Positions 14,260-26,476 are shown, counted from the stretch's first letter. The stretch is DNA of 64,000 nucleotides from Pseudomonadota bacterium (GCA_036231565.1 JAZAHA010000056.1:26792-90791); one strand, 5' to 3'. The notes: generated by a model not told the origin, from the sequence alone. Translations and numbers: made by a program.

Positions 14260-14727
14260 ATGAGTTTTCGCATCACCGGCCTGTCGCCGGAACCCTTCCG
14301 CCCCCTGTTCGGTCTGCCGGACGCGGAACTCGCCGCCCGCGGCATTGTCCGCAAGACCGTCACCGCCAAGCCCGGCTTTCCCTGCCGCATCACGCTGGAC
14401 GACGCCGAACCGGGCGAAAGCGTGCTGCTGCTCCATCATGAAAGCCACAGCGCCGACACGCCCTACCGCTCGGCCTATGCGATCTATGTGCGAGAGAATG
14501 CGGCCGAGGCGGCGCAGCTGACCGACGAGATTCCGCCCGTCATGCGCGGCCGCCCGCTGGCGCTGCGCCTGTTCGACAAGCATTGCATGCTGGCCGGCGC
14601 CGACCTGGTCCTGACCGGCGATCCCCGCGCGGCCATCGAGACCGCCCTCGCCCGCAGCGAGATCGCCTATATCGACGTCCACAATGCCGCGCACGGCTGT
14701 TTTGCCGCGCGGGTCGAGCGCGCCTGA
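14260..14727 (+). CDS. DUF1203-family protein
   Basis: From MSFRITGL (AAGGAG upstream); GFPCRITLDDAEPGE, PYRSAYAIYV, YIDVHNAAHGCFAARVER. Confidence 0.8.
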   Translation: MSFRITGLSPEPFRPLFGLPDAELAARGIVRKTVTAKPGFPCRITLDDAEPGESVLLLHHESHSADTPYRSAYAIYVRENAAEAAQLTDEIPPVMRGRPLALRLFDKHCMLAGADLVLTGDPRAAIETALARSEIAYIDVHNAAHGCFAARVERA

Positions 14728-14881
14728 GGTTTGCTTGCCCACCTCGTGGGCAAGTGGGCCGATGCGCAGCATCGGGTCGCCAAAGAGTGCTGTTTGGAGG
14801 GCGGCGCCAAGCGCCGTGGAGCGCTGGAACCGGTTTCCGCCACTGACGCGGCGCCCTTCCCACTGGCGTGGGGAGAGAACC

Positions 14882-15226
14882 CTAGCCCCAGTATCCGTCC
14901 GTGGGCAGGAAACGCTCCACCACGCCGCTTTCGGTGATCACATAGTAGACGATCCAGATGCCGCTGGTGATAACCGTCGTCCACCAGGCCTTTTTCAGCA
15001 GCATGGGCGCTACAGGCGCACCCGGCTCGGTGCCCTCGACAATGTCGGCCTCTTCCTGCTGCGAGCGAACGCCGATCGGCAGCATGGTGAAGATCACCAG
15101 CCACCAGACGATCAGGAAGACGACCAGTCCGTTGACCACGCCCACCCCGTCATCGCGGATGATGAAGCGCGACAGCCAGAGTACCGCTGCGAGCCCCGGC
15201 AGGATGTATTGAGCCCAGCGCGGCAT
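14882..15226 (-). CDS. DUF1467-family membrane protein
   Basis: WWLVIFTMLPIGVRSQ...VEGTEPGAP...LLKKAWWTT; usual position after mce. Confidence 0.8.
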   Translation of the reverse strand: MPRWAQYILPGLAAVLWLSRFIIRDDGVGVVNGLVVFLIVWWLVIFTMLPIGVRSQQEEADIVEGTEPGAPVAPMLLKKAWWTTVITSGIWIVYYVITESGVVERFLPTDGYWG

Positions 15227-15642
15227 CAGGCCGGTTCCTGCATGAGTTCAATGAGTTGTCCGTGGGAGTTCTTCGGGTGAATGAAGATTACGGGCACGCC
15301 ATGAGCGCCGATATAGGGCTCGCCCGTTCCCAGAACGGTCGCGCCCTTCGCCACCATCGCATCGCGCGCAGCGACAATGTCGGGCACTTCGAAGCACAGA
15401 TGGTGCTGGCCGCCCCTGGGATTGCGTTCGAGGAATTTGTGGACCGGGCTGTCATCGCCCAGCGGCTCGAGCAGTTCGATCTCGGAATTGGCCAGATGCA
15501 CGAAGGCGACGCGAACCCCCAGATGCGGGAAGTCCTTCGTCTGCGTGGCCTCGTCCGCGCCGTAAAGCTCGGCATAGGTCGCCTTGGCCGCCTCGATATC
15601 CGGCACGGCCACGCCGACATGGTTCAGGCGTCCGATTTTCAT
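15226..15642 (-). CDS. mce: Methylmalonyl-CoA epimerase
   Basis: RLNHVGVAVPD, IELLEPLG, GQHHLCFEV, VIFIHPKNSHGQLIELMQ. Confidence 0.92.
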   Translation of the reverse strand: MKIGRLNHVGVAVPDIEAAKATYAELYGADEATQTKDFPHLGVRVAFVHLANSEIELLEPLGDDSPVHKFLERNPRGGQHHLCFEVPDIVAARDAMVAKGATVLGTGEPYIGAHGVPVIFIHPKNSHGQLIELMQEPA

Positions 15643-15643
15643 C

Positions 15644-17329
15644 TCAAACCTCCAGAATGATCACTTCGACCCAGGGCTTCTTGCCCCAGATCCGCGAGGC
15701 TTCACGGCGCACCGCGCGGCGCACTTCCTCTTCCGCCGTTTCCACATCACGGCGATCGCGATTGGACAGACGGTCAAAGGCGCGCTCGGCCTCATCGGCC
15801 AGCGCGTCGAGAAACTCTTCCAGCGAGAGCGACCGGTCCTCGGCGACACCCATGGCGCGCACATCGGGACCGGAGACCAGCTCGCCCTTCTTGCCATGCA
15901 CGGCCATTGCGACCGTGACCTGGCCGGCATAGGCCAGCTTGCGGCGCTCGCGCATCGACAGGGCATTGGCATCGGTGACGAAATTGCCGTCCAGATGCAG
16001 CCGGCCCGCCGGCGCCTCGTCGACAATCGACGCCCCGCCATCGGCACGCAGCTCCACCATGTCGCCATTGCGGACGGTGACGGCGTGCGGCACCTGCAGC
16101 TGGCGGGCGAAGGCCGCATGCTCGATCAGGTGACGGCGCTCGCCATGCACGGGAATCGCCACTTTCGGCTGGGCCCATTGATACATCTGGGCCAGCTCGT
16201 CGCGGCACGGATGGCCGGAGACGTGGATCGGACGGTTCTTCTCGGTGATGATCTCGACACCGCGCTCGGCGAGCCGGTTCTGCAGCTGGAAAATACCCAG
16301 ATCATTGCCGGGAATGACCCGGCTGGAGAAGATCACCGTATCGCCGGGGCCAAGGGTCACATTGCGGTGATTGCCTTCGGCGATGCGCGACAGTGCCGCA
16401 CGCGGCTCGCCCTGAGATCCGGTGCACAGATAGAGAATCTTCTCTGGCGGGAAGAAACCCGCCTCCTCTTCCCCGACGAAATCCTGCACATGACTCAGCA
16501 GACCGACGGATTTCGCCGCTGCCGTCATGCGGTGCATGGACCGGCCCACAAGGCAGACACGCCGGCCATTGGCCTCGGCGGCCTCGATCGCCGATTGCAG
16601 GCGCGCGACATTGGAGGCGAAAGCGGCGATGGCGACCTTGCCGGTCGTGTTCTCGCCGACGACCTTGACCAGCTCTTCCTTCACGTCCGCTTCCGACCCG
16701 CTCTCGCCGGCCGAGAAGACGTTCGTGCTGTCGCAGACCATCGCCAGCACGCCCTCCTCGCCCAGCGCCGTCAGTGCCGACACGTCGGTCGTCTCGCCGA
16801 TCAGCGGATCGGGGTCGATCTTCCAGTCGCCGGTGTGCAGCACCAGACCGGCCGGCGTACGGATCGCCAGACCGTTGGGTTCGGGAATGGAGTGGGTCAG
16901 CGTCACCAGCTGGATGTCGAACGGGCCGAGATCGAACCGGCTGTCGAGCGAGATCTCGTGCAGCTCGACTTCGTCCTCAAGGCCGAACTCGCGCAGACGG
17001 TCGCGTACCAGCCAGGCGGTAAAGGGTGTTGCCCATATCGGGCACTTAAGGCGGCGCCACAGGTGCGCAACGGCACCCATATGATCCTCGTGTGCATGCG
17101 TGAGCACCATGCCGATCAGATCGTCCCGCCGCTCCTCGATGAAGGCAGGATCGGGCATGATGATGTCGACCCCGGGGGTCGACAGATCACCGAAAGCGAC
17201 GCCGCAATCGACAATGATCCATTTCTGGTCGTCCTCCGGGCCGTAGCCATAGAGGTTGAGGTTCATCCCGATTTCGTCGGAGCCGCCGAGCGGCAGAAAA
17301 TACAAACTATCGGTCAAGGCTTCCGCCAT
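15644..17329 (-). CDS. rnj: Ribonuclease J
   Basis: [42 protein letters not shown]. Confidence 0.95.
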   Translation of the reverse strand: MAEALTDSLYFLPLGGSDEIGMNLNLYGYGPEDDQKWIIVDCGVAFGDLSTPGVDIIMPDPAFIEERRDDLIGMVLTHAHEDHMGAVAHLWRRLKCPIWATPFTAWLVRDRLREFGLEDEVELHEISLDSRFDLGPFDIQLVTLTHSIPEPNGLAIRTPAGLVLHTGDWKIDPDPLIGETTDVSALTALGEEGVLAMVCDSTNVFSAGESGSEADVKEELVKVVGENTTGKVAIAAFASNVARLQSAIEAAEANGRRVCLVGRSMHRMTAAAKSVGLLSHVQDFVGEEEAGFFPPEKILYLCTGSQGEPRAALSRIAEGNHRNVTLGPGDTVIFSSRVIPGNDLGIFQLQNRLAERGVEIITEKNRPIHVSGHPCRDELAQMYQWAQPKVAIPVHGERRHLIEHAAFARQLQVPHAVTVRNGDMVELRADGGASIVDEAPAGRLHLDGNFVTDANALSMRERRKLAYAGQVTVAMAVHGKKGELVSGPDVRAMGVAEDRSLSLEEFLDALADEAERAFDRLSNRDRRDVETAEEEVRRAVRREASRIWGKKPWVEVIILEV

Positions 17330-18089
17330 TGAGTTTCCAGACTTCCATGAGGCCGCGAATGGTCAGATCGCCATCGTAATGGTCGATGGTGCGGGAGGCC
17401 CCTTCGAACAGGGACACCACGCCCCCGGTGGCGACAACCGTCATCGGCTCGCCCCATTCCGTCTTCAGACGGTTTACCAGACCGTCGATGAGATCGATAT
17501 AGCCCCAGAACACGCCGGACTGCATCGCGGAGACCGTATCCTTGCCCATCACGCGCTGCGGCTTGGCGATGGCGACCCGCGGCAGTTTCGCGGCGGCGGC
17601 GTGCAGGGCCTGCATGGACAGGTTGATGCCCGGCGCGATGATGCCGCCCTCGAAGGCCCCGTCCTTGCCGATGACATCGAATGTCGTCGCCGTCCCGCTG
17701 TCGATGATGATCAGCGGCCCCTGATAGACCGAGCGCGCGCCGAGTGCATTGACCAGGCGGTCGGCACCGGCATCCTGCGGCCGGTCGAGACGCACCTCGA
17801 TATCCATCAGCACGCCCGGCTCGCCCACAATCACCGGCTCGGTGCTGCAATAGCGGCGCGACAGATTGCGCAGGTTGAACAGGGCCTGCGGCACCACGGT
17901 GGAGATCACACAGCCGGTGATATCGCTCAGCTTGAAGCCCTGCAGGGACATCAGTTGCGACAGCCAGACGGCGTGTTCGTCGGCCGTACGGGTCGAATCC
18001 GTGCCGGATCGCCATTGCGCGACCCAGGTCTTGCCGTCATGAACGGCGAACAGCGTATTGGTATTGCCGCAATCGATCGCGAGCAGCAT
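17307..18089 (-). CDS. coaX: Type III pantothenate kinase
   Basis: [37 protein letters not shown]. Confidence 0.95.
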   Translation of the reverse strand: MLLAIDCGNTNTLFAVHDGKTWVAQWRSGTDSTRTADEHAVWLSQLMSLQGFKLSDITGCVISTVVPQALFNLRNLSRRYCSTEPVIVGEPGVLMDIEVRLDRPQDAGADRLVNALGARSVYQGPLIIIDSGTATTFDVIGKDGAFEGGIIAPGINLSMQALHAAAAKLPRVAIAKPQRVMGKDTVSAMQSGVFWGYIDLIDGLVNRLKTEWGEPMTVVATGGVVSLFEGASRTIDHYDGDLTIRGLMEVWKLNGGSLDR

Positions 18090-18091
18090 GG

Positions 18092-18859
18092 CTAGTCTCT
18101 CCTCACCGTCGGCGCCGTCGCCCCGGCGGGGAAGAAGACGTCACCAGCGGAGATATATCGCCGCCCGCCATCATCCAAGTCCAGCCGCAGCGATCCGTCA
18201 GGGCCCAGATCGGCAAACACACCGCTCACGGTCTCGTTCTGCAGGCGCGCCTCACAGCGATCGCCCAGCCCATGAGCCCGGGCGAGCCAGCCATCGCGCA
18301 GCGGACCGAACCCGTCCTGCAGCCAGCGGCGGCGCCAGCGTTCGAACGCGTTCACGAGGGTGTCGAGGGCCTGTTCCCGGGACATGGCACCGCCTGCAGC
18401 GGCCAGCGAGGTCGCGGGCCGTTCGCTGTCATCCGGCGCGGCCGCCAGATTGATCCCGATGCCCAGGGCCAGCCACAGACCGCCGCCGGGCGCCTGGCCC
18501 GACTCAAGCAGGATGCCGGACACCTTGCGCCGGTTCACAAGCACGTCATTGGGCCATTTCACGCGCGTGGCAGCCGGATCACACAGCGCCGTGTCGCACA
18601 CTTCCGCGACAGCCAGGGCCGCCGCAAAGGAGAGTTCCGCCACCCGGCCGGGTTCGGCCTGGAAGGTGTAGAGCCCCGTGGTGAAGAGATTGCCCTCGAG
18701 CCCGGTCCAGGCCCGGCCGCGACGGCCACGGCCGGCGAGCTGCCGGCGCGCGGCGATCCACAGCGGACCGCGCGCTCCGGCCAGAGCCCGCTCACGCGCA
18801 TCCGCATTGGTCGATTGCGTCTCGTCGAGCCACTCGATCGCAGGCGAAGGGACCGACAA
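18092..18859 (-). CDS. birA: Biotin--[acetyl-CoA carboxylase] ligase (no N-terminal HTH)
   Basis: [36 protein letters not shown]. Confidence 0.94.
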   Translation of the reverse strand: MSVPSPAIEWLDETQSTNADARERALAGARGPLWIAARRQLAGRGRRGRAWTGLEGNLFTTGLYTFQAEPGRVAELSFAAALAVAEVCDTALCDPAATRVKWPNDVLVNRRKVSGILLESGQAPGGGLWLALGIGINLAAAPDDSERPATSLAAAGGAMSREQALDTLVNAFERWRRRWLQDGFGPLRDGWLARAHGLGDRCEARLQNETVSGVFADLGPDGSLRLDLDDGGRRYISAGDVFFPAGATAPTVRRD

Positions 18860-18862
18860 GGT

Positions 18863-20305
18863 CTAGAGGACGGTCAGCCCGACGGACACGGCCCGGTAAA
18901 CGACCCAGCCCACCACCGGCAGCAGGGCCACTGTGGCCAGGCCAGCGAGGCGCGTCACCCAGTAGATCGACAGGGCGGCCGGAACGAATTCCACCTCGCC
19001 CTCGTCGAACCAGACCGTCTTCACCACCCGCAGATAGTAGGCCGCGCCCACCACGGAGAAGAGAACGGCCAGGACCGCCAGGATCAGCAGACCGGATTCG
19101 ACGGCTGCGTAGATCAGGAAGAACTTGCCGAAGAAGCCGACCATGAAGGGCAGACCGCCGATGGAGAACATCAGCGCGGTGATCGACCAGCCCAGGCCCG
19201 GACTGCGCTGGGCGACGCCGGCCAGATCGGAGATCTGTTCCACCATGCCTTCGCGCGTGCGCATGGACAGGATGGCGCCGAAGGAGCCGATCACCGAGAT
19301 CATGTAGAGCACCATGTAGACCAGAAGCGCCCACATGCCGGTCTGGCTCGCGGCTGCAACGGCCACCAGGGCGTATCCCATATTGGCGATCGAGGAATAG
19401 GCCATCAGGCGTTTGATATTGGTCTGGGTCAGCGCACCGAAGGCGCCGATGCCCATGGACAGCACGGCCAGGATCCAGATCACGTCGCGCCATTGCTCGA
19501 CCATGCCGCCGAAGGGTTCGACCAGCACGCGGGCCAGAAGGATCATGGCGGCAAATTTGGGAGCCGTCGCAAAGAAGGCCGTCACCGGCGTCGGTGCGCC
19601 CTCATACACGTCCGGCGTCCACATGTGGAACGGCGCGGCGGAAACCTTGAAGGCCAGACCGCAGATCACGAAGACGAGGCCGAAAATGAGGCCGACCGTC
19701 GGACCGCTTTCCACGGCGATGGCGATCTCGTTGAAGCCCGTGGCACCAGCGAAGCCATAGACCAGCGATGCGCCGTAGAGCAGCAGGCCGGACGACAGTG
19801 CGCCGAGCACGAAATACTTCAGACCGGCTTCCGAGGCGCGCAGGCTGTCGCGGTTGAAGGCCGCCAGCACGTAGAGCGCCAGGGATTGCAGCTCGATCGC
19901 CATATACATGGAGATCAGGTCATTGGCCGACACCATCATCATCATGCCCGCGGCGGCGAGCGTGACCAGGATGGCATATTCCATCTTGCCGAGCTTTTCC
20001 GCCTGCAGGTACGGCATGGCGAGCAGCATGGCGATCGCCGCGACAATGCCGATGGCCACTTTGGAGAAGCGGGCCAGGCTGTCGAAGATGAAGCCGCCGG
20101 AGAAGGCCGTCCCCTCGCCCGTCACGGCGAACAGGGCTGCCAGACCGGCAACGGCCAGCAGGCCGACGGTCAGCCATTGCACGAGTCGGTTGGCGCCCTC
20201 GCCCTTCAGGAAAACGCCCAGCATGAGCAGCGCCATGGCGCCGCAGGCCAGGAGGATTTCCGGGATGAGGAGCGTCAGATCCTGGGAAAGCATGTCCGCA
20301 GTCAT
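18863..20305 (-). CDS. nuoN: NADH-quinone oxidoreductase subunit N
   Basis: EAGLKYFVLGALSSG, FKVSAAPFHMWTPDVYEGAP, KRLMAYSSI. Confidence 0.97.
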   Translation of the reverse strand: MTADMLSQDLTLLIPEILLACGAMALLMLGVFLKGEGANRLVQWLTVGLLAVAGLAALFAVTGEGTAFSGGFIFDSLARFSKVAIGIVAAIAMLLAMPYLQAEKLGKMEYAILVTLAAAGMMMMVSANDLISMYMAIELQSLALYVLAAFNRDSLRASEAGLKYFVLGALSSGLLLYGASLVYGFAGATGFNEIAIAVESGPTVGLIFGLVFVICGLAFKVSAAPFHMWTPDVYEGAPTPVTAFFATAPKFAAMILLARVLVEPFGGMVEQWRDVIWILAVLSMGIGAFGALTQTNIKRLMAYSSIANMGYALVAVAAASQTGMWALLVYMVLYMISVIGSFGAILSMRTREGMVEQISDLAGVAQRSPGLGWSITALMFSIGGLPFMVGFFGKFFLIYAAVESGLLILAVLAVLFSVVGAAYYLRVVKTVWFDEGEVEFVPAALSIYWVTRLAGLATVALLPVVGWVVYRAVSVGLTVL

Positions 20306-20317
20306 GGCGTGCCTCTC

Positions 20318-21832
20318 CTACTGGGCCGGTGCGGGCAGCGCCGCATTGTAATTGGTGATCAGATTGTCGACCGAAGCCGCCGTGATGTCGGTCACCACGG
20401 TCGAGGACACGCCGAGCCACAGCGTCATGATGATGAGCGGGATGAAGATCGCCCATTCCATGCGGTTGAGGTCGGTGATGGTCTCGAGTTTCGGATTGGT
20501 GATCTCGCCGAACACCACATCGCGATACATGGTCAGCATGTACATTGCCGACAGGATTACGCCGGCGGCGGCACCCGTGGCGATCCACCAGCTCACCTGG
20601 AAGGCACCGACCATCGTCATGATTTCGCCGATGAAGCCGGACGTGCCCGGCAGGCCGACATTGGCCATGGTGAACAGCGCGAAGATCGCGGCATAGGCCG
20701 GCATGCGGTGTACAAGGCCGCCATAGAAGGCGATCTCGCGAGTGTGCATGCGGTCATAGATCACGCCGACGCACAGGAAGAGCGCGCCGGAGATCACGCC
20801 GTGCGAGATCATCTGGAAGATCGCGCCCTGCACGCCCGTCTCGTTCATCGCGAACAGGCCCATCGTCACGAAACCCATGTGGGCGACGGAGGAATAGGCG
20901 ATCAGCTTCTTGATGTCGGTCTGACGGAAGGCAACCAGCGAGGTGTAGATGATCGCGATGATCGACAGCGCGAAGACCAGCGGCGCGAAATAGTCGGACG
21001 CTTCGGGGAACATCGGGATGGAGAAGCGCAGGAAGCCGTAGCCGCCCAGCTTCAGCAGCACGCCCGCCAGGATGACCGAGCCCGCCGTCGGGGCCTGCAC
21101 GTGGGCGTCCGGCAGCCAGGTGTGCACCGGCCACATCGGCATCTTCACTGCGAAGGAGGCGAAGAAGGCCAGCCACATCCACATCTGGGCATTGCGGGCG
21201 AACTCATAGTCCAGCAGCGCCGTGATGTCGGTCGTTCCCGATTGCAGGAACATGTAGACCATCGCGACCAGCATCAGCACCGAGCCGAGCAGGGTGTAGA
21301 GGAAGAATTTGAAGGCCGCATAGACCCGGTTCTGCCCGCCCCACACGCCGATGATGATGAACATCGGGATCAGGCCGCCTTCGAAGAAAATGTAGAAGAC
21401 CACGAGGTCGAGCGCGCAGAACACGCCGATCACCAGGGTTTCCAGCAGCAGGAAGGCGATCATGTAGTCAGCGACGCGCTTCTCGATCGCGCCGGACGCC
21501 ATGATACACAGCGGCATCAGACCGGCGGTCAGCAGCACGAAGAGCACGGAAATACCGTCCACGCCGAGCCGGTAGCCCATGCCGATCTCGGCCAGCCACT
21601 CGATCTCGTGCACGAACTGGAAGCCCGCAGTTTCACGATCGAAATTGGCCACCAGGATGATGGACAGGACCAGCGTCACCATGGTCGCCACCCAGGCCAC
21701 CAGGCGCGAATTCCGGTCGATCAGGGCCTGATCCTCGGGCCGCGCCGTGAAGCGGAAGAGCGCGATGACCAGCGCGCCGATGGCCGGGACGAAGGTCAGG
21801 ATCGAAAGAAAGGCTTCGAACTCGCCAAACAT
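20318..21832 (-). CDS. nuoM: NADH-quinone oxidoreductase subunit M
   Basis: [43 protein letters not shown]. Confidence 0.97.
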   Translation of the reverse strand: MFGEFEAFLSILTFVPAIGALVIALFRFTARPEDQALIDRNSRLVAWVATMVTLVLSIILVANFDRETAGFQFVHEIEWLAEIGMGYRLGVDGISVLFVLLTAGLMPLCIMASGAIEKRVADYMIAFLLLETLVIGVFCALDLVVFYIFFEGGLIPMFIIIGVWGGQNRVYAAFKFFLYTLLGSVLMLVAMVYMFLQSGTTDITALLDYEFARNAQMWMWLAFFASFAVKMPMWPVHTWLPDAHVQAPTAGSVILAGVLLKLGGYGFLRFSIPMFPEASDYFAPLVFALSIIAIIYTSLVAFRQTDIKKLIAYSSVAHMGFVTMGLFAMNETGVQGAIFQMISHGVISGALFLCVGVIYDRMHTREIAFYGGLVHRMPAYAAIFALFTMANVGLPGTSGFIGEIMTMVGAFQVSWWIATGAAAGVILSAMYMLTMYRDVVFGEITNPKLETITDLNRMEWAIFIPLIIMTLWLGVSSTVVTDITAASVDNLITNYNAALPAPAQ

Positions 21833-23938
21833 CTATTGGCCTCCTGCGCCGAACTGGGCCCAGAGCAGAAGCCCCAGAACGCCGATCAGCATGACGAATG
21901 CGTAGTGATAGAGATAACCGGACTGGGCCTTGGCGAGGCGCTTGGCCGCCGCCAGGGTCGAACCGGCCACACCGTTCGGGCCGAAGCCGTCAATGATGCG
22001 GACATCGCCGACTTTCCAGAACAGGTCGCCCAGCCCCTTCGCGCCGCGCACGAAGACGAAGTGGTAGATCTCGTCCACATACCACTTGTTATAGAGGAAG
22101 CTGTGCAGCGGACCGCCGCGGGCGGCGATGCGGGCACCCATGCCCTCATTGATCAGGTAGAACCAGATCGCGCCCAGGAAACCGATCAGCGTTGCAAAGA
22201 ACGGCGAGAGCAGCACCCAGACCGGCGGATGGTGGCCGCCGCCATGATCGCCCTCTGCGCCATGATCGCCTTCGGCGGCATGATCGTCGGCCGCAGCAAC
22301 CGCGTGGTCGTCAGCAGCCGGTTCGGCATGGCTGTCGGCTGCCACGGCATGCGTATCCTCGCCGGCAACCGCCGGGCCATGGGCCGCGGCCGGCAGGGCC
22401 TCGCCCCAGAAGTGGCCGGAATTGTCGCCGATGAAGCTCGACTTGTAGAGCCCGCCGGCCAGCACGGCACCGACGGCCAGAACGACCAGCGGCAGCGCCA
22501 TCGGCCATTTCGGGTCGTGAGCGTGATCGTAGACGTCCTTGGGACCGCGATAGGTGCCGTGGAAGGTCATGAAGATCAGGCGCCAGGAGTAGAAGCTCGT
22601 CAGCAGCGCCGCGACCGTGCCGATCCAGAAGGCCGGAATACCAAAGAACACGCCCTCGCGGCCCGCCATGAAGGCGCCCTCGATGATGGCATCCTTCGAG
22701 AAGAAACCGGCAAAGCCGAGATCCGGCAGGAAGAGGCCGAGCGCGCCGAAGGAGAAACCGACACCGGTGAGCGCCAGCGTGCCGATGATCATCATCAGCC
22801 AGGTCATCGGCATCATGCGGAACAGGCCGCCCATCTTGCGCATGTCCTGCTCGTCATGGACGCCGTGGATCACCGCGCCGGAGCCGAGGAACAAGAGCGC
22901 CTTGAAGAAGGCGTGCGTGAACAGGTGGAACATGGCCGCGCCATAAAGGCCCAGGCCCGCGGCGAAGAACATGTAGCCCAGCTGCGAACAGGTCGAATAG
23001 GCGACAACCCGCTTGATGTCGTTCTGCGCCATGCCGACCGTCGCCGCGAACAGCGCCGTCACGGCACCGATCACGGTGACAATGGCCGAGGCGTTCGGCG
23101 CCATCTCGTAGATCGGGAAGGCCCGGCAGACGAGGAAGACCCCCGCCGTCACCATGGTCGCGGCGTGGATCAGGGCGGAAACCGGCGTCGGGCCTTCCAT
23201 CGCGTCCGGCAGCCAGACGTGCAGGAAGAACTGTGCCGACTTGCCCATCGCGCCGATGAACAGGAGGAAGGCGATCAGCTCGATCGCATTGAAGGACATG
23301 CCCGCGAAGGACAGGACCGCATCCGCCTGGTCGCCGACCTGGGCGAAGACATCGTCAAACGCCACCGAGCCGAAGACGAGGAAGATCGCCATGATGCCCA
23401 GGGCAAAGCCGAAATCGCCGACGCGGTTGGTCACGAAGGCCTTGATGGCCGCGTCATTGGCCGACTTCTTCTTGTACCAGAAGCCGATCAGCAGATAGGA
23501 GGCCAGCCCCACGCCTTCCCAGCCGAAGAAGAGCTGCAGGAAGTTGTCGGCGGTCACCAAGGCGAGCATCGCGAAGGTGAAGAGCGACAGGTAGGAGAAG
23601 AAGCGCGCGCGGTGCGGATCGTGGGACATGTAGCCCCAGGAATAGATGTGCACCAGCGAGGAAACCGAGTTCACCACGACCAGCATGACGGCCGACAGGC
23701 TGTCCAGCTTGATCGCCCAGGAGACGTCGAAATTGCCGACGCTCATCCAGGTCGCGAGATGGATCGTGGTCGTGTTGCCGCCCACCGTCACGTCGAAGAA
23801 GACGATCCAGGACAGCACGGCCGAAAGCAGGACCGCACCGGTGGTGACGATCTGCGCGGCGCGGTGGCCGACATAATTGCCGAAGAGACCGGCAAAGGCC
23901 GAGGCGAGGAGCGGCCCGAAGACGATAATAGGTGCCAT
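21833..23938 (-). CDS. nuoL: NADH-quinone oxidoreductase subunit L
   Basis: GWEGVGLASYLLIGFW, GKSAQFFLHVWLPDAMEGPTPVSALIHAATMV; His-rich insert. Confidence 0.97.
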   Translation of the reverse strand: MAPIIVFGPLLASAFAGLFGNYVGHRAAQIVTTGAVLLSAVLSWIVFFDVTVGGNTTTIHLATWMSVGNFDVSWAIKLDSLSAVMLVVVNSVSSLVHIYSWGYMSHDPHRARFFSYLSLFTFAMLALVTADNFLQLFFGWEGVGLASYLLIGFWYKKKSANDAAIKAFVTNRVGDFGFALGIMAIFLVFGSVAFDDVFAQVGDQADAVLSFAGMSFNAIELIAFLLFIGAMGKSAQFFLHVWLPDAMEGPTPVSALIHAATMVTAGVFLVCRAFPIYEMAPNASAIVTVIGAVTALFAATVGMAQNDIKRVVAYSTCSQLGYMFFAAGLGLYGAAMFHLFTHAFFKALLFLGSGAVIHGVHDEQDMRKMGGLFRMMPMTWLMMIIGTLALTGVGFSFGALGLFLPDLGFAGFFSKDAIIEGAFMAGREGVFFGIPAFWIGTVAALLTSFYSWRLIFMTFHGTYRGPKDVYDHAHDPKWPMALPLVVLAVGAVLAGGLYKSSFIGDNSGHFWGEALPAAAHGPAVAGEDTHAVAADSHAEPAADDHAVAAADDHAAEGDHGAEGDHGGGHHPPVWVLLSPFFATLIGFLGAIWFYLINEGMGARIAARGGPLHSFLYNKWYVDEIYHFVFVRGAKGLGDLFWKVGDVRIIDGFGPNGVAGSTLAAAKRLAKAQSGYLYHYAFVMLIGVLGLLLWAQFGAGGQ

Positions 23939-23944
23939 GATCCC

Positions 23945-24256
23945 CTAGCCCTTCATCAGGTTGACGCCCTCAACCGAGATATCGCCCCGGTTGCGGAAGA
24001 AGACGACGAGAATGGCCAGGCCCACAGCGGCTTCCGCCGCGGCCACGGTCAGAACGAACAGCGCAAACACCTGCCCGGCCAGATCGCCCAGGAAGGACGA
24101 GAAGGCGACGAGGTTGATGTTCACCGACAAGAGGATCAGCTCGATCGACATCAGCAGGATGATGACGTTCTTGCGGTTCACGAAAATGCCGAACACACCG
24201 ATGGTGAAGAGCACCGCGGCGACGGCGAGGTAATGCCCCAGCCCGATCTCCATCAT
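23945..24256 (-). CDS. nuoK: NADH-quinone oxidoreductase subunit K
   Basis: [28 protein letters not shown]. Confidence 0.97.
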   Translation of the reverse strand: MMEIGLGHYLAVAAVLFTIGVFGIFVNRKNVIILLMSIELILLSVNINLVAFSSFLGDLAGQVFALFVLTVAAAEAAVGLAILVVFFRNRGDISVEGVNLMKG

Positions 24257-24864
24257 TCTCCAATCCCCTGTCCCGGCTTGATATCCAGCATTTCAACGGC
24301 GGTCTTGCGATCGCGGCCGACCTGGGCGGTCACGCTCTGGCGCTTGACGCCTTCCTTGTGACGCAGCGTCAGCACGATGGCGCCGATCATGGCGACCAGC
24401 AGCACCAGGCCCGCAATCTGGAAGAAGTAGACATACTGGTCGTAGATCACGGTGCCGAGCGCCTCGACATTGGTCATGCCCTCCGGCATGGCCGCCGCGC
24501 GCAAGGCCTCGGCCTGCGGCGCGCTCTGCCAGCTCATACCGATCATCGCCAGTTCGATCGCCAGCACGATGGCGATCAGCCCGCCCAGCGGCAGATAGCT
24601 CAGAAAGCCCTGCTTCAGCTCGGCGAAGTCGACGTCCAGCATCATGACGACGAAGAGGAAGAGCACCGCGACCGCGCCGACATAGACGACGATCAGCAGC
24701 ATAGCCAGGAATTCGGCGCCCAACAGCACGAACAGCCCCGCGGCCGAGATGAAGGCCAGGATCAGGAACAGCACGGACCTGACCGGGTTGCGGGCGATGA
24801 CGACCATCAGGGCCGACGCGATCGCCACTCCGGAAAAGGCCCAGAAGGCCAGTGATGCGAGCAT
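24253..24864 (-). CDS. nuoJ: NADH-quinone oxidoreductase subunit J
   Basis: [37 protein letters not shown]. Confidence 0.96.
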   Translation of the reverse strand: MLASLAFWAFSGVAIASALMVVIARNPVRSVLFLILAFISAAGLFVLLGAEFLAMLLIVVYVGAVAVLFLFVVMMLDVDFAELKQGFLSYLPLGGLIAIVLAIELAMIGMSWQSAPQAEALRAAAMPEGMTNVEALGTVIYDQYVYFFQIAGLVLLVAMIGAIVLTLRHKEGVKRQSVTAQVGRDRKTAVEMLDIKPGQGIGE

Positions 24865-24905
24865 GATGCCCTCTTCCGTCTAATGTTCAGCCAACGCGCC
24901 GCCAA

Positions 24906-25394
24906 TCAGCGGTACGGCGCGTCGAGTTCCAGGTTTCTGGCAATTTCCCGTTCCCAGCGATCGCCGTTCTCGAGCAGTTTTGCCTTGTCGTAGAAAAGTT
25001 CCTCGCGGGTCTCGGCGGCGAACTCGAAGTTCGGGCCTTCCACGATTGCATCGACCGGGCATGCCTCCTGGCAGTAACCGCAATAGATGCACTTGGTCAT
25101 GTCGATGTCGTAGCGCGTGGTGCGGCGCGAGCCGTCGGCGCGCGGTTCCGCCTCGATCGTGATCGCCAGCGCCGGACAGATCGCCTCGCACAGCTTGCAG
25201 GCGATGCAGCGCTCTTCGCCGTTGGGATAGCGGCGCAGCGCATGCTGACCGCGGAAGCGCGGGCTGAGCGGCCCCTTCTCGAAGGGATAGTTCAGCGTCG
25301 CCTTCTTCTTGAAGAAGTAGCGCATGCCCAGGCCGAAGGCGGACCAGAAGTCCATCAGCAGGGCGCCGCGAATGGTTTGTTGCAATCGGCTCAT
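24906..25394 (-). CDS. nuoI: NADH-quinone oxidoreductase subunit I
   Basis: [12 protein letters not shown] and [12 protein letters not shown] 4Fe-4S motifs. Confidence 0.98.
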   Translation of the reverse strand: MSRLQQTIRGALLMDFWSAFGLGMRYFFKKKATLNYPFEKGPLSPRFRGQHALRRYPNGEERCIACKLCEAICPALAITIEAEPRADGSRRTTRYDIDMTKCIYCGYCQEACPVDAIVEGPNFEFAAETREELFYDKAKLLENGDRWEREIARNLELDAPYR

Positions 25395-25399
25395 GGGAG

Positions 25400-26473
25400 T
25401 TATCCTTGCGGGCCGTAGACGACGGCAGCACCCACCAGGGCCACCGCAACCAGCGAGGTCGGCAGGAAGATCTTCCAGCCCAGGCGCATCAGCTGGTCGT
25501 AGCGGTAACGCGGGACCAGGGCCTTCACCATCGCAAACATGAAGAAGAAGAACACGACCTTGGCGGCGAACCAGAAGAAGTGCCAGGCGTGCGAAGCCAG
25601 ATAGGGCCAGTCACTGACGAATCCGTCCGGGAAAGGCGCATGCCAGCCGCCGAAGAACAGGATGGTCGTCATCGCGCACATCAGCACGATGTTGAGATAC
25701 TCGCCCACCATGAAGAGGAGGTAGGGCGTAGAGGAGTATTCCACCTGATAGCCGGCGACGAGTTCGGATTCGGCTTCGGGAAGGTCGAAGGGCGGACGGT
25801 TGGTTTCCGCCAGCGCCGAGATGAAGAACATCACCGCCATCGGCACCATCACCAGGAACATCGGCAGCGGGAAAGCGTGGAACGCCAGCAGGTTCCAGTT
25901 CCAGAAACCGCCGGCCTGGATGTCGACGATGTCGGACAGGCGCATCGAGCCGGCGAACAGCAGCACGGTGACGATGATGAAGCCGATCGAGACTTCATAG
26001 GACACCATCTGCGCCGCCGAGCGCAGCGCGCCCAGGAAGGGATATTTCGAGTTCGAGGCCCAGCCGCCGATGATGATGCCGTAGACACCCAGCGACGACA
26101 TGGCGAACAGGTAGAGGATGCCGACATTGAGGTCGGCGATCACCCAGCCCGGCGCCACAGGCACAACGGCCCAGGTGATGAAGGCGAGGATCAGCGTGAT
26201 CAGCGGCGCCAGCAGGTAGAGCGAGCGGTCCGCGCCGGCCGGCACGACGATTTCCTTGAACACGAACTTGAAGAAGTCCGCGAAGGATTGCAGCAGGCCG
26301 AAGGCGCCGACCACGTTCGGGCCCTTGCGCATCTGCACCGCCGCCCAGACCTTGCGGTCCATCAGCAGCAGGAAGGCCAGCGAGATCAGCAGCACGATCA
26401 TGAAGGCCAGGATCTGGCCGATCACGGCAAGCGTGCCCCAGAGCGGGCCGAATTGGGAGACGAACTCGCTCAT
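25400..26473 (-). CDS. nuoH: NADH-quinone oxidoreductase subunit H
   Basis: [39 protein letters not shown]. Confidence 0.97.
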   Translation of the reverse strand: MSEFVSQFGPLWGTLAVIGQILAFMIVLLISLAFLLLMDRKVWAAVQMRKGPNVVGAFGLLQSFADFFKFVFKEIVVPAGADRSLYLLAPLITLILAFITWAVVPVAPGWVIADLNVGILYLFAMSSLGVYGIIIGGWASNSKYPFLGALRSAAQMVSYEVSIGFIIVTVLLFAGSMRLSDIVDIQAGGFWNWNLLAFHAFPLPMFLVMVPMAVMFFISALAETNRPPFDLPEAESELVAGYQVEYSSTPYLLFMVGEYLNIVLMCAMTTILFFGGWHAPFPDGFVSDWPYLASHAWHFFWFAAKVVFFFFMFAMVKALVPRYRYDQLMRLGWKIFLPTSLVAVALVGAAVVYGPQG

Positions 26474-26476
26474 CGC

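Noticed and set aside
18272-24361. 2029-aa + strand ORF, and similar long ones (6404-10186, 25406-29014, 50732-53326, 38644-40407, 15584-17332)
   Set aside because: Antisense shadows of well-supported genes (nuoN-J, dnaE, nuoH-F, lon, helicase, rnj) produced by high-GC codon bias; no domain signatures.
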